Assembly (NCBI GenBank): GCA_021201635.1 | Contig: JAJQEM010000035.1 | Span: forward strand, 1 to 51,434 | Length of the DNA stretch: 51,434 nucleotides | From: Clostridiales bacterium | Lineage (GTDB): Bacteria; Bacillota; Clostridia; Oscillospirales; Oscillospiraceae | Direction of reading: 5' to 3' | Shown: positions 1 through 9,599 of the stretch, one piece after another | How the letters are laid out: each line of letters begins with the position of its first letter | Numbering within the stretch: the first letter of the stretch is position 1 | Position numbers and translations under genes: made by a program | The notes under the pieces: generated by a model | The model's database searches: none | What the model was told of the DNA's origin: nothing | The model's input: the letters and a program-made list of their open reading frames with translations, nothing else

Positions 1-52
1 ACTCTATTAAAAATTTTTCGCGGATGTGTTCAACTTGCACTTGCAATTTTCG

Positions 53-102
53 ACAGGAAACCTTTTCATCTGCCCACAGAAAAGGTTTCCTGTTTTCTTT
101 TT
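53..102. terminator. Strong hairpin just downstream of the MFS gene
   Basis: ACAGGAAACCTTTT (53-66) / AAAAGGTTTCCTGT (80-93) perfect inverted repeat, T-rich on the + side. Confidence 0.6.
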
Positions 103-1293
103 TCACTTTACCTTCTCCGTCCGCCGTACCAGCAGCAGGCCGGCGATGAGGACGACGGGAAAAATCACCCCTGCCAGCAGGCCGATGTTCAAATCTCCGG
201 CGGCGCTGGAGATCAGTCCCACCAGGGTAGGGCCGCCGCCGCAGCCCAGGTCGCCCCCCAGGGCCATCAGGGCGAACATGGCGGTGCCGCCCCGGGGACA
301 GTTGGCCGACACCAGGGAGAAGGTGCCCGGCCAGAGGATGCCCACGGAAAAGCCGCAGAGGGCGCACCCCACCAGGCCCACCGCCGCATTTCCGCTGAGG
401 ATGGCCAGGAGGTAGCTGACGATACACAGCACGCCGCTGCCCATCATAAAGGGGATCAAATCCCACCTCTCGCTGAATCTGCCGTAGATGGCCCGGCTGG
501 CCCCCATGAGCAGGGAGAAGGCGCAGGGCCCCGCCAGGTCGCCCACCGTCTTGGATACCTGGAGCCCCGCCTCGGCAAAGGTAGAGGCCCACTGGCTCAT
601 GGCCTGCTCCGCCGCCCCGGAGCAGAGCATCAGCACGAAGAACAGCCAGATCACCTTAGACCGGAGCAGCTCCCCCAGGCTCATCCCCTTCCCCTCGGGA
701 ACCAGGGTGGGGATGGGGACCCGGGTGAACAGAAGGGCGTTGGCCAGGGGCAAAACCGCCCACAGGCAGGCCAGGATGCGCCAGTTGCCCACCCCCGCCA
801 GGGCAAAAAATCCGGTGGAGATCAGGGTCACCAGCACACAGCCCCAGCAGTAGAAGGAGTGGAGGTTCGCCATGACTCCCGCTTTGTTGTCAAAGGGGCA
901 GGCCTCCACGATGGGGCTGACCAGCACCTCCAGCAGTCCGCCTCCCACGGCGTAGAGAGCCACGGAGCAGAGCAGGCCGATATACGGGTCCGGCAGCAGA
1001 GAGGGAAGCGTCCCCAGCCCCACCACACCCAGGGCGGCAAACAGGTTGGCTGCCACGGCGCAGGGGCGATAGCCGATCCTGTCCACCAGCTTCACCGACA
1101 GCAGGTCTACCGTGAGCTGGATGCAGAAGTTCAGCGTCACCAGCAGGGTGATCTGCTCCAGGGGGATGCCGAGCTCCGACTGAAAGGTGAGAAACAGTAG
1201 GGGGGCAAAGCTGTTGACGATGGCCTGGGTAACGTACCCAAAGCAGCAGGCAGAGAGGGTGTGCTGATAGTTGGGCGTCGTTCCCTCTCTCAT
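103..1293 (-). CDS. MFS transporter
   Basis: 396 aa, about 12 hydrophobic segments, loop motif KLVDRIGYR; ATGA overlap with the upstream AAA gene. Confidence 0.85.
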   Translation of the reverse strand: MREGTTPNYQHTLSACCFGYVTQAIVNSFAPLLFLTFQSELGIPLEQITLLVTLNFCIQLTVDLLSVKLVDRIGYRPCAVAANLFAALGVVGLGTLPSLLPDPYIGLLCSVALYAVGGGLLEVLVSPIVEACPFDNKAGVMANLHSFYCWGCVLVTLISTGFFALAGVGNWRILACLWAVLPLANALLFTRVPIPTLVPEGKGMSLGELLRSKVIWLFFVLMLCSGAAEQAMSQWASTFAEAGLQVSKTVGDLAGPCAFSLLMGASRAIYGRFSERWDLIPFMMGSGVLCIVSYLLAILSGNAAVGLVGCALCGFSVGILWPGTFSLVSANCPRGGTAMFALMALGGDLGCGGGPTLVGLISSAAGDLNIGLLAGVIFPVVLIAGLLLVRRTEKVK

Positions 1294-2792
1294 CCGTTCT
1301 CCTCCAGCTCCCGGAGGATCTCCCGCTGACGGCCTCCCAGCAGGAGGGAGCGGTTGTAGCCGGAGAACTTTTCACAGCCGTTTTGGGCGATAAACGTCAT
1401 GGAGTAGGGGTTCATGGTCAGCTCGGTCAGGAAGATGACCAGCTCCTGGCCCTCCCCGAAGGTGGCCTCGATGAGGGCGAAGGCCCTGTCCAGCCGGAGG
1501 GAGGCGTTTTGAATGGCTCCTTTCCGGGCCTCCACTGCGCCCCGGAAGTCGGTGCGCACCCGGTCTGCGGCGGCGGGGCCTGTGAGGGACTCCCGCCGGA
1601 GGGTCTGGAGCAGCCCGTCCAGGGTATCCAGCGCCCGGTCCATCCGCCGGGCCTCCTCCGGCTCCAGCAGATTCGCCCTGGCCTTGGACGCCTTCATGCC
1701 CGCCAGCGTCTCCGTCACCGGGGCAAAGGCGGCCTCCGGGGCAGTGCCGCCCTCCAGGGCGGGCATGAGCCCCTTGAGCTGGCTGTGGAGGAGGGTCACA
1801 TAGGCGTCCTCCTCGTTGGCCTCCCGGCAGGTGCGGAACAGGGCGTCCAGCAGCAGAGACAGGGCAGACAGCCGCTCGTCAAAGGGGGCAGTCCGGAGAC
1901 GGGACACGGTTTTCTCCGTCAGATGGCCGGAGAGGATGGCCTCCACGTCGTAGTCCGTCCGGTACTTCCGGTAGAGGTCGTAGTAGTTGGCAAAGTCCTT
2001 GGCCACGGCGGGGTATTGGATGTACTGGCCCACCACGCTCTCGTCCACCGTCAGCTCCAGTCTCTCGCTGGCGGAGATAAGCCGGGACAGGTCCTCCCAG
2101 CCCCGGGCGGTGGCGAAGCGCTTGCCGTCCACCGTAGTCTCCAGTCGGTAGAAATTCCCCGGTTTCAGCTCCAGATAGGCCAGCACCGCCGGATGGACCT
2201 GGCGGAGATAGGCATACTCCTTCCAGGCCGGGTAGCTGGCCTGGATGTCCAGCCGCCGCACCCGATCCAGGGTCACCACGTCGAAGTCCCGGACGGAGCG
2301 GTTGTACTCCGGGGGATTTCCCGCCGCCACGATGACCCACCCCTCCGGCAGCTTATGGCTGCCGAAGGTCTTGCACTGGAGAAATTGCAGCATGGCCGGG
2401 GCCAGGGTCTCGGAGACGCAGTTCACCTCGTCCAGAAACAGGATGCCGTTCTCCAGCCCCGTCTCCTCCATGGCCCGGTAGACGCTGGCGATGATCTCGC
2501 TCATGGTGTACTCCGTGACCTGGAAGGACTTGCCGTGATAGGAGGCCTCCCGGATGCTGGGCAGGCCGATGGCAGACTGGCGGGTGTGGTGGGTGATGGT
2601 ATAGCTCACCAGGGCCACACCGCACTCCCGGGCCGCCTGCTGGGCGATGGCAGTCTTTCCCACCCCCGGAGGGCCCATGAGCAGGATGGGCCGCTGGGCC
2701 ACCAGGGGGATGCTCCATTCCCCGTGCTCGTCTTTGGACAGATACGCCTTTACCGTGTTTTTGACCTGTTCCTTCGCCTCTTTGATGTTCAT
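1290..2792 (-). CDS. MoxR-like AAA+ ATPase
   Basis: Walker A GPPGVGKT, Walker B ILFLDE, AAGNP sensor; start taken at MNIKEAK, overlapping the VWA stop. Confidence 0.85.
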   Translation of the reverse strand: MNIKEAKEQVKNTVKAYLSKDEHGEWSIPLVAQRPILLMGPPGVGKTAIAQQAARECGVALVSYTITHHTRQSAIGLPSIREASYHGKSFQVTEYTMSEIIASVYRAMEETGLENGILFLDEVNCVSETLAPAMLQFLQCKTFGSHKLPEGWVIVAAGNPPEYNRSVRDFDVVTLDRVRRLDIQASYPAWKEYAYLRQVHPAVLAYLELKPGNFYRLETTVDGKRFATARGWEDLSRLISASERLELTVDESVVGQYIQYPAVAKDFANYYDLYRKYRTDYDVEAILSGHLTEKTVSRLRTAPFDERLSALSLLLDALFRTCREANEEDAYVTLLHSQLKGLMPALEGGTAPEAAFAPVTETLAGMKASKARANLLEPEEARRMDRALDTLDGLLQTLRRESLTGPAAADRVRTDFRGAVEARKGAIQNASLRLDRAFALIEATFGEGQELVIFLTELTMNPYSMTFIAQNGCEKFSGYNRSLLLGGRQREILRELEENG

Positions 2793-4225
2793 TCCCGTTG
2801 CTCCCTCGTCTGTTGTCTTTCTGTATTGGTTATCCCGTCTGTGTCGGGCATCATTCCTACATTCTCGCCCTCCGTCCACTCCGGCAGCCCCTCCGGGCCA
2901 AGCACCACCCGGATAGCCCAGGGTGGCACCGGGGGCGCCTGGTAGTCCTCCCGGAAAAAGACGAAAGCAGTCTCATAGTCCGGCTTGCGCTCCGGGTAGC
3001 TACCGAAGCCGTCGGTGAAGTAGAGGATGCCCTTCAACCCCGCCAGCTCTCCCGACTGCACCAGGCCGTCGATATAGCCGAAGGCGGGGCGGAAATCGGT
3101 GCCGCCGAAGCCCCGCATCTGAAAGTCCCGGCAGAGCTGCTCCAGCTCCTCCGGGGTGTGTACCACCGTGTCCTGCTGCACCCCGGCGTCCGCCTGGATG
3201 ATGTGGAGGTTGGCGTGGTCGAAGAACAGGCCCTCGCTGGACAGGACGGCCCTCGTCTCCTCCAGAAAGCGGCGCACCGTGTCCCCGGAGCAGGAGTCCG
3301 AGGTGTCGATGACGATGGCGAAGTCCTGGATTTTCCGGCTCTCCCGGTACTCCAGCGGCTCGATGAGGGGAATGTCCCCGTACAGCTCCAGGCCCAGGGC
3401 GTAGTAGGCATAGTCAAAGCTGTCCACATCCACCCGTATCTCCTCCCGGGTGGTGACAAAGCGCCGGAGGAACTGCCGATAGTCGTACCGCTCCCGGTTC
3501 TCCACCGCCAGGGATTGGAGCAGATCCCCCGCCTGGTCGCCGTGGTCGGCAAAGAAGGTCTCCAGACTGGTCTGGGTCTTTTCCCCTAAATTGCGCCACT
3601 TGTCCTCCAGCTCCTGCCGCCGGTCCCCGTCGCCGTTGTCCCCGTCGCCGGGCCGGTCATCCGGCTGGCTGTCCCCCTGGGGGTCGTCCTCCGGGGGCCA
3701 GAACCGGTGGTCGTCCCGGCGGAACTCCCGGATGAGGGCCAGCTCGTCGTCATAGCTCCGGCACCGCTGGCCCAGCCAGCGGTAGATGGCCTCCGCCGTC
3801 AGGACGGGCATCTCAGCGCTCAGGTCGGCGTAGGTGTCCTCCCGGAATTCGCTCTGCATCACCTTCAGGCAGCGGCTGTCGATGGAGTCCAGGATGGACT
3901 CCACGGCGATGTCGCAGGCCAGGCTCCACCGCTCCTCCTCCCGGCCCTGCCGGTTGAAGGGGTGCCGGAGGAGACAGTGGAGCAGCATGTGGAGATACAC
4001 CCGGTTGAGCAGCACCAGGTCGTCCCGGTACAGCTCCATCAGATACCGGGGATTGAACTGGATGGAGATGCCGTCCACCCCGATGGTGGGGGTGTTCAGG
4101 TTCATGGCGTAGTCCAGGCCGGACAGGGCGATGTCCAGAAAGCGCATATTCAGATACAGCTCGTTCCGGGCGGAGGACAGGATGGCCCGGCCCAGGCGGT
4201 CCAGCTTTTCGTGATTTTCGTGCAT
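2789..4225 (-). CDS. VWA-like domain protein with N-terminal metallopeptidase-like domain (DUF2201-type)
   Basis: HMLLHCLLRH zinc-like motif, acidic linker, MIDAS DTSDS, GGTDF and YFTDG; GGGGAG RBS before ATG 4225 (alternative GTG 4240). Confidence 0.8.
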   Translation of the reverse strand: MHENHEKLDRLGRAILSSARNELYLNMRFLDIALSGLDYAMNLNTPTIGVDGISIQFNPRYLMELYRDDLVLLNRVYLHMLLHCLLRHPFNRQGREEERWSLACDIAVESILDSIDSRCLKVMQSEFREDTYADLSAEMPVLTAEAIYRWLGQRCRSYDDELALIREFRRDDHRFWPPEDDPQGDSQPDDRPGDGDNGDGDRRQELEDKWRNLGEKTQTSLETFFADHGDQAGDLLQSLAVENRERYDYRQFLRRFVTTREEIRVDVDSFDYAYYALGLELYGDIPLIEPLEYRESRKIQDFAIVIDTSDSCSGDTVRRFLEETRAVLSSEGLFFDHANLHIIQADAGVQQDTVVHTPEELEQLCRDFQMRGFGGTDFRPAFGYIDGLVQSGELAGLKGILYFTDGFGSYPERKPDYETAFVFFREDYQAPPVPPWAIRVVLGPEGLPEWTEGENVGMMPDTDGITNTERQQTREQRE

Positions 4226-4236
4226 ATGCTCCCCCG

Positions 4237-5376
4237 TCACAGGTCAAATTCCCGGTCTGCGCCGCCGCCCAGGCCCATCCGGGCCTCCAGCAGACGACTG
4301 ACAAAGCGGACGTTCCCCGCCCGCTCCGCCTGTCCGGACAGCGCCTCCAGCGCCTCCCCGGTCAGCGGCAGAATTTCCAGCAGGGCCTCCAAGCCCTCGG
4401 TGTCCTCCTGCTCCAGCAGCAGAGCCAGCAGCTCCCCTGTGTGGGCGGCGGCATAGGCCAGATAGTCCTCCCGGCCCTTGCCCAGGTGATAGGGCCAGCG
4501 GAGACGATACCAGGCAATGCGGGCGGCCACGGCGGGGGTCTCCTCTTTCCGGGCCAGGTCGAAATAGCTCTCATACAGGTCAAAGTCGATGTCCCGACTG
4601 GAAAAGCACTCCCGGTAGAGCTGGCCGGAGCCGTAGGTGATGGTCCGCCACATCCGGGGGGCGTTGATGTCCTCGTACTCATAGGAGAAGCCTGGGAGAA
4701 AGAACCGGGCCACCCCGTCGGGGCAGCGGACGGTCAGGTCCAGATCGTCCGACAGATCGGAGAGCAGGACGCTGATGTTGATGCCCAGGGGTAGGGTCAG
4801 CCGGGAGAGATGCTTGCAGTTGAGAAACAGCCCGCCTCCCACAAAGCTCACCGTGTCCGGAAGGGTCAGTTCCTTTAAGGCCACGCAGTTGTAAAAGGCG
4901 TGGCTCCCCAGGGTTTCCAGCCGGGTGGGCAGGGTCACCCGCTCCAGACGGCGGCACTGGGAAAAGGCATAGTCCGGCAGATCGACCAGCCCCTCCGGGA
5001 GACGGATGCGCTCCAGACTGCCGCAGCTCTGAAAGGCTCTGGCCCCCAGATGGGTCAGGTTCGCCGGGAGGGTCAGCCGTTTCAGGCCGCTGCACCGGGC
5101 GAAGGCCCGGTCTCCAATGGAGGTGACTGTCTCCGGGATGGTCAGCCGGGTCAGTGGGCTGTCGGTTCGGGAGAGGGGCGGCAGCTCCTCCGGGGCGGCG
5201 GCGATCAGGCAGTCCCTCTCCCCTGTCCACGCCCCGCCCCCGAAGCAGTCCGGGCCGAGAGACGTGACCGGGCAGCCCTCTATTGTCTCCGGCAGGGCCA
5301 GGGGCGCACCGTCTCCGGCGCAACGGAGGACGGCGGCCTCGCCGTCGGCAATAGCGTAATAAATCGTCCAGGGCAT
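4237..5376 (-). CDS. BspA-type leucine-rich repeat protein, no evident signal peptide
   Basis: Repeats such as LTIPETVTSIGDRAFARCSGL; AAGGAGG RBS before MPWTIYY. Confidence 0.85.
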   Translation of the reverse strand: MPWTIYYAIADGEAAVLRCAGDGAPLALPETIEGCPVTSLGPDCFGGGAWTGERDCLIAAAPEELPPLSRTDSPLTRLTIPETVTSIGDRAFARCSGLKRLTLPANLTHLGARAFQSCGSLERIRLPEGLVDLPDYAFSQCRRLERVTLPTRLETLGSHAFYNCVALKELTLPDTVSFVGGGLFLNCKHLSRLTLPLGINISVLLSDLSDDLDLTVRCPDGVARFFLPGFSYEYEDINAPRMWRTITYGSGQLYRECFSSRDIDFDLYESYFDLARKEETPAVAARIAWYRLRWPYHLGKGREDYLAYAAAHTGELLALLLEQEDTEGLEALLEILPLTGEALEALSGQAERAGNVRFVSRLLEARMGLGGGADREFDL

Positions 5377-5518
5377 GGCGAAGCCTCCTTTCCCCGGTTG
5401 TTTTTCGCACCCTATTATATCCAATTCGGCGGTTTGGGGCAACAGGGTGGGGAAAGTTTTTGGGCATATGTTGGCTTCCTTTCGCAGAGGTTGAAAAGCA
5501 GCATAAAACCAGCCATCA

Positions 5519-5646
5519 GCGAATTCGCCGCAGGACTTTAGCGTACCGGAGTTCCTGCCGCTCTCCCTCAGTCTGCCCTTCGGGCAGCCAGCTCCACCGT
5601 CAAGCGGCACTTCCGCTACGCTCCATGCCTCAAAGAGGGAGCCAAG
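5519..5646. repeat. REP-like modular palindromic repeat, copy A
   Basis: GAATTCGCCG...CTCCCTCAGTC-hairpin-CAGCTCC...CCTCAAAGAGGGAGCC; related copies at 11590-11875 and 46710-46818. Confidence 0.8.
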
Positions 5647-5808
5647 GGGAACCTCGCTTGCGTATCCTGTCCGAATCTTCCCCACTCTTTCTTCTTACCG
5701 CCGCTCTGTCTCGTTCTGTCTCTCTGCGCCTGTTTGCGCAGATTCGCAACTCTCCGTTCTTCTTTCCTCTCTTTTTCGTTGTAAATTTGTTTTTTGCATT
5801 TCGCAAAT

Positions 5809-5822
5809 AGCACAAATGTTCT
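5809..5822 (+). promoter_or_regulatory. Possible LexA/DinR (SOS) box upstream of the phage-like operon
   Basis: AGCACAAATGTTCT, one mismatch to GAAC-N4-GTTC. Confidence 0.35.
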
Positions 5823-5877
5823 ATCCTTTACTCAGCAAGAGCGCCGGGGATGTCCGGTGCAGGAAGGAGGAGAGGAC

Positions 5878-6396
5878 ATGACCCAGGCGGAGTTCTGGCA
5901 GCAGCCGGAGCAGCTGGCCCTGATCCGGGGCTGGGTCCGGGACGGCGTGGAAAGCAAGGAGATCGCCCGCCGGATGGGGCTCAAGCCCCTGGGACTGCGG
6001 ATCTGGCGAACCAGGTATCCGGCCATCGGTGCAGCCCTGGCCCAGACGGGAGAGCTCACCGACTACCAGGTGGAGGAGGCGCTGCTCAAGGCGGCCATGG
6101 GCTACCGATACACCGAGGAAAAGACGGAGCAGACCGAACGGGGAGACAAACTGGTTTCCACGGAGAAGGAGGTCAGCCCCAATGTCACCGCCATCAGCCT
6201 GTGGCTGAAACGGCGAAAGCCGGAGGTGTGGGACTGCGGAGAGGAGGAGCCGGAGCCTCCGGCGGAGAACAATCTGTTTGCGGCCCTGGGAGACTGGGAG
6301 AGAGAGGAGTTGAGAGGGGATGCACTACCGGACGTTCAGCAGACGGCAGAGGCTGGTGCTCACCTGGTGGAAGCACCCGGCGTTCCGGAATCGTGA
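5878..6396 (+). CDS. Terminase small subunit-like HTH protein
   Basis: GWVRDG..EIARRMG..W...YP..VEEALLKAAMGY..PNVTAISLWLKRRKPEVW resembles clostridial phage TerS; GGAGG RBS; overlaps the TerL start. Confidence 0.75.
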   Translation: MTQAEFWQQPEQLALIRGWVRDGVESKEIARRMGLKPLGLRIWRTRYPAIGAALAQTGELTDYQVEEALLKAAMGYRYTEEKTEQTERGDKLVSTEKEVSPNVTAISLWLKRRKPEVWDCGEEEPEPPAENNLFAALGDWEREELRGDALPDVQQTAEAGAHLVEAPGVPES

Positions 6397-7567
6397 CGGC
6401 ATCATCTGCGACGGCTCGGTGCGTTCAGGTAAGACGGTGAGCATGGCGGTGGGCTTCCTGCTGTGGAGCATGGAGACCTTTGACCGGCAGCGGTTCGCCC
6501 TCTGCGGCAAGACCATCGAGAGCCTGCGGCGGAACGTGTCCGGGCTGCTGCCCCAGTGGATGGAGGGGCTGTGCTCCATGGAGGAGCGGCGGGGAGAGAA
6601 CCGGCTCACCGTGCGCATGAACGGGCATGAAAACGACTACTACCTGTTCGGTGGCAAGGACGAGGGGAGCTACGCTCTCATCCAGGGCATGACCCTGGCG
6701 GGGGTGCTGTTTGACGAGGTGGCCCTGATGCCCCGCTCCTTTGTGGAGCAGGCGTTGGCCCGGTGCAGCGTGGAGGGCTCCAAATTCTGGTTCAACTGCA
6801 ACCCGGAGGGACCCACCCACTGGTTTTATCAGAGCTGGCTCACCCGGGCGGAGGAGCGGAACCTGCTCTATCTCCACTTCACCATGGAGGACAACCCCGC
6901 TCTCTCCCCCGCCATCCGGCAGCGGTATGAGCGGCTTTATACCGGAGTGTTCTATCAGCGGTATGTCCAAGGGCTTTGGGCGGCGGCAAAGGGCCTGATC
7001 TACGATATGTTCCGGCCGGAGGTACACGTCACGGAACGGCTGCCGGAGGCCGGGCGGGGGTGCTACGTCTCCGTGGACTACGGCACCCAGAACCCCACCG
7101 TCTTTCTGCTGTGGCAGAAAGGGGAGCGTGGCCGGTGGTGCTGTCTGCGGGAGTATTACTGGTCGGGCCGGGATCGGATGCGGCAAAAGACCGACGGGGA
7201 GTACGCCGACGATCTGGAGGTGTTTCTGGACGGGGTGAAGCCCCGGGCGGTGATTGTGGACCCGTCGGCGGCCAGCTTCATCGCCCTGCTCCGGCAGCGG
7301 GGATACCTCGTCCTGGGGGCGGACAACCAGGTGCTCTCCGGCATCCGCCGGGTGGGCGACCTGCTCCGGGAGGAGCGGCTGCTCTTCTCCCCTGGCTGCG
7401 TCCGGACCGTGGAGGAGTTCCGCAGCTACGTCTGGGACGAGGACGGGGCCGGACAGGACAGGCCGGTGAAGGACCACGACCACTGTATGGACGCCCTGCG
7501 GTACTTTGTGAGCACCGTGCTGGTGCGCAGCCAGGCTCGGGCGGGGAAGCGCCCCAGAGGGCTGTGA
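6320..7567 (+). CDS. Terminase large subunit, PBSX family
   Basis: Walker A DGSVRSGKT, Walker B GVLFDE, NCNP, nuclease acidic motifs SVDYG and DHCMDA. Confidence 0.95.
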   Translation: MHYRTFSRRQRLVLTWWKHPAFRNRDGIICDGSVRSGKTVSMAVGFLLWSMETFDRQRFALCGKTIESLRRNVSGLLPQWMEGLCSMEERRGENRLTVRMNGHENDYYLFGGKDEGSYALIQGMTLAGVLFDEVALMPRSFVEQALARCSVEGSKFWFNCNPEGPTHWFYQSWLTRAEERNLLYLHFTMEDNPALSPAIRQRYERLYTGVFYQRYVQGLWAAAKGLIYDMFRPEVHVTERLPEAGRGCYVSVDYGTQNPTVFLLWQKGERGRWCCLREYYWSGRDRMRQKTDGEYADDLEVFLDGVKPRAVIVDPSAASFIALLRQRGYLVLGADNQVLSGIRRVGDLLREERLLFSPGCVRTVEEFRSYVWDEDGAGQDRPVKDHDHCMDALRYFVSTVLVRSQARAGKRPRGL

Positions 7568-7585
7568 TCTATTTTGTGATATGAG

Positions 7586-9022
7586 GTGATTGAGATGATT
7601 TTGTATGTGGACAGACAGGATCTCCCCGACCCGGAGCATCCCGACCCGGCGGTGCTCCGGTGGTGCATCCGCAAGGCGGAGATCGCCAACGGGCGGTATC
7701 AGCGGCTGGACCGGTATTACCGGGGTGAGCATGACATCCTCCGGCGCAGCGGCGGAGAGGGAGAGAGCCGGGTGGCGGTGAACTACGCCCGGTATGTAGT
7801 GGACATCGCCCTGGGTTACTATCTGGGAACGGATGTGAAATACGACCCCAACCCCCAGAGCTGGAATGAGGCTCCCTCCCGGGGACTGCTGGGACAGCGG
7901 GTGCTGGACATCACCCCTCTGCTGACCTGCTATGACCGGCAGCACATCAGCCAGGTAGACCGGGAGATCGGCAAGACCATGGGGGTGATGGGGGACTGCC
8001 TGGAGCTGTGCTATGCCTCCTGCGAGGCAAACCCCCACCCCAGAAGCGCCCGGATCGACCCGAGAAACGGCATTCTCCTCTGCGACGCCACCGTGGAGCA
8101 CAACAAGCTGCTGGCCCTGGTGTGGGAGCGGCGGGAGTGGCCCTCCGGCGAGCAGTTTTACGCCGTCACCTGCTACACCGGCCGGACGGAGCGGGACTAT
8201 ATCAGCGGCGACCTGGAGACGGCGGTCTTTCGGCCCATCGGCCCGGCCCGGGAGCACTACTTTGGGGCGGTGCCGGTGATCGCCTATGAGAACAACGCCG
8301 AGCGCCAGGGGGATTTTGAGCAGATCATGAGCCTGATCGACGCCTATGACGATCTGATGTCCAGCCGTCTCACCGACAAGCGGCGGTTCGTGGACGCACT
8401 GCTGGTGTTCTTCGGCATGACCCTGGCCCCCGGGGAGGAGGAAAAGCTGCTCCGGGAGCGGTTCATCGACGGGGCGCCGTTGGACGCCCGGGCGGAGTAC
8501 ATCCAAAAGACCTTCGATGAAGCGGGGGTGCAGGTGCTGGCGGACAGCCTGGTGCGGGAGATGCACAAGATGACCCTGACGGTGGACATGTCCGACGAGC
8601 AGTTTTCCGGCAACGCCTCCGGGCAGGCGTTGAAGCTGAAGCTGCTGACCATGGAGCAGCTGGTGCAGGGCAAGATGCGGCAGATGGAGCGGGGATTGCG
8701 GGAGCGGTTCGAGCTGTACAGCCATTGGCTGGCCGTCAAGGGGGAGATGGCCCCGGTGTCGGCGGCGGAGGTGGACGTGGTGTTCACCCGGAATCTGCCC
8801 ATCAATGAGAGCGAGACGGTGGACATGGTGACCCGCCTCCGGGGGATGGTGGACGACCAGACACTGCTGGGACAGCTCTGGTTCATCCGGGACCCGGCGG
8901 AGGCCCTGCGGAATCTCCGCCGTCAGGAGCAGCTACAGGGGACAGCAGGCAATGCCTGTGACCATAACAGGACGGGGTGGGCCCTCGGGAACGGCCCGGA
9001 CGGAGAGGAGAAGGTCAGATGA
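7586..9022 (+). CDS. Phage portal protein, SPP1 gp6-like
   Basis: YYRGEHDIL, VNYARYVVD, GDFEQIMSLIDAYD, FSGNASGQALKLKL, FTRNLP motifs; follows TerL. Confidence 0.92.
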   Translation: MIEMILYVDRQDLPDPEHPDPAVLRWCIRKAEIANGRYQRLDRYYRGEHDILRRSGGEGESRVAVNYARYVVDIALGYYLGTDVKYDPNPQSWNEAPSRGLLGQRVLDITPLLTCYDRQHISQVDREIGKTMGVMGDCLELCYASCEANPHPRSARIDPRNGILLCDATVEHNKLLALVWERREWPSGEQFYAVTCYTGRTERDYISGDLETAVFRPIGPAREHYFGAVPVIAYENNAERQGDFEQIMSLIDAYDDLMSSRLTDKRRFVDALLVFFGMTLAPGEEEKLLRERFIDGAPLDARAEYIQKTFDEAGVQVLADSLVREMHKMTLTVDMSDEQFSGNASGQALKLKLLTMEQLVQGKMRQMERGLRERFELYSHWLAVKGEMAPVSAAEVDVVFTRNLPINESETVDMVTRLRGMVDDQTLLGQLWFIRDPAEALRNLRRQEQLQGTAGNACDHNRTGWALGNGPDGEEKVR

Positions 9023-9558
9023 GTGCAGAGGAGCTGAGACAGGAGCGGCCGGACTTGGACACGCTGCTCCGGGAGGATCGGGACTATCAGTCCGCCTACG
9101 ACAAAAAGGTGAGCCAGGCGCTGGCCACCGCCCGGGCCAACTGGGAACGGGACCGTCAGGGGGAGGAGGACCGGCTCCGGCAGACGCTGGAGGCGGAGAT
9201 GCAGGAGACGCTGGAGCAGGAGCGGCAGGTGCTTGCCGGGCAGCGGCAGGACTTTGACCGGCGGCTCCGGCAGGTGGCGGTGGGGGAGGCCCTGCAGCAG
9301 CGGGGCCTGGATGCCCGTTTTGCCCCCTGGATCGCCGGCGAGAGCGACGAGGACTCCGCCCAGCGGGTGGATGCGTTCACCGGGCTGTTTCAGGAGGCCC
9401 TGTCCCAGGCGGTGGCCGGACGGATGCGGGGGGAGGCCGCCCCCAGAGAACCGGACCGGCCCCGGGAGCTGACCCGTGAGCAGGTGCGGGGGATGTCCCC
9501 CCGTGAGATCAACCGGAACTGGGAACAAATCTCCGGTCTGCTTCGGGAGAGCCAATAA
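9019..9558 (+). CDS. Capsid scaffold protein (DUF4355-like)
   Basis: YQSAYDKKVSQALATARANW, charged coiled coil, lies between portal and capsid; ATGA overlap with portal. Confidence 0.8.
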   Translation: MSAEELRQERPDLDTLLREDRDYQSAYDKKVSQALATARANWERDRQGEEDRLRQTLEAEMQETLEQERQVLAGQRQDFDRRLRQVAVGEALQQRGLDARFAPWIAGESDEDSAQRVDAFTGLFQEALSQAVAGRMRGEAAPREPDRPRELTREQVRGMSPREINRNWEQISGLLRESQ

Positions 9559-9599
9559 CACAGTACGACAATGACAACATAAGGAAAGGATGAGAGCGA

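Noticed and set aside
5377-5685. N-terminal extension of the LRR protein
   Set aside because: Runs through the repeat element and promoter region; a good RBS precedes the ATG at 5376
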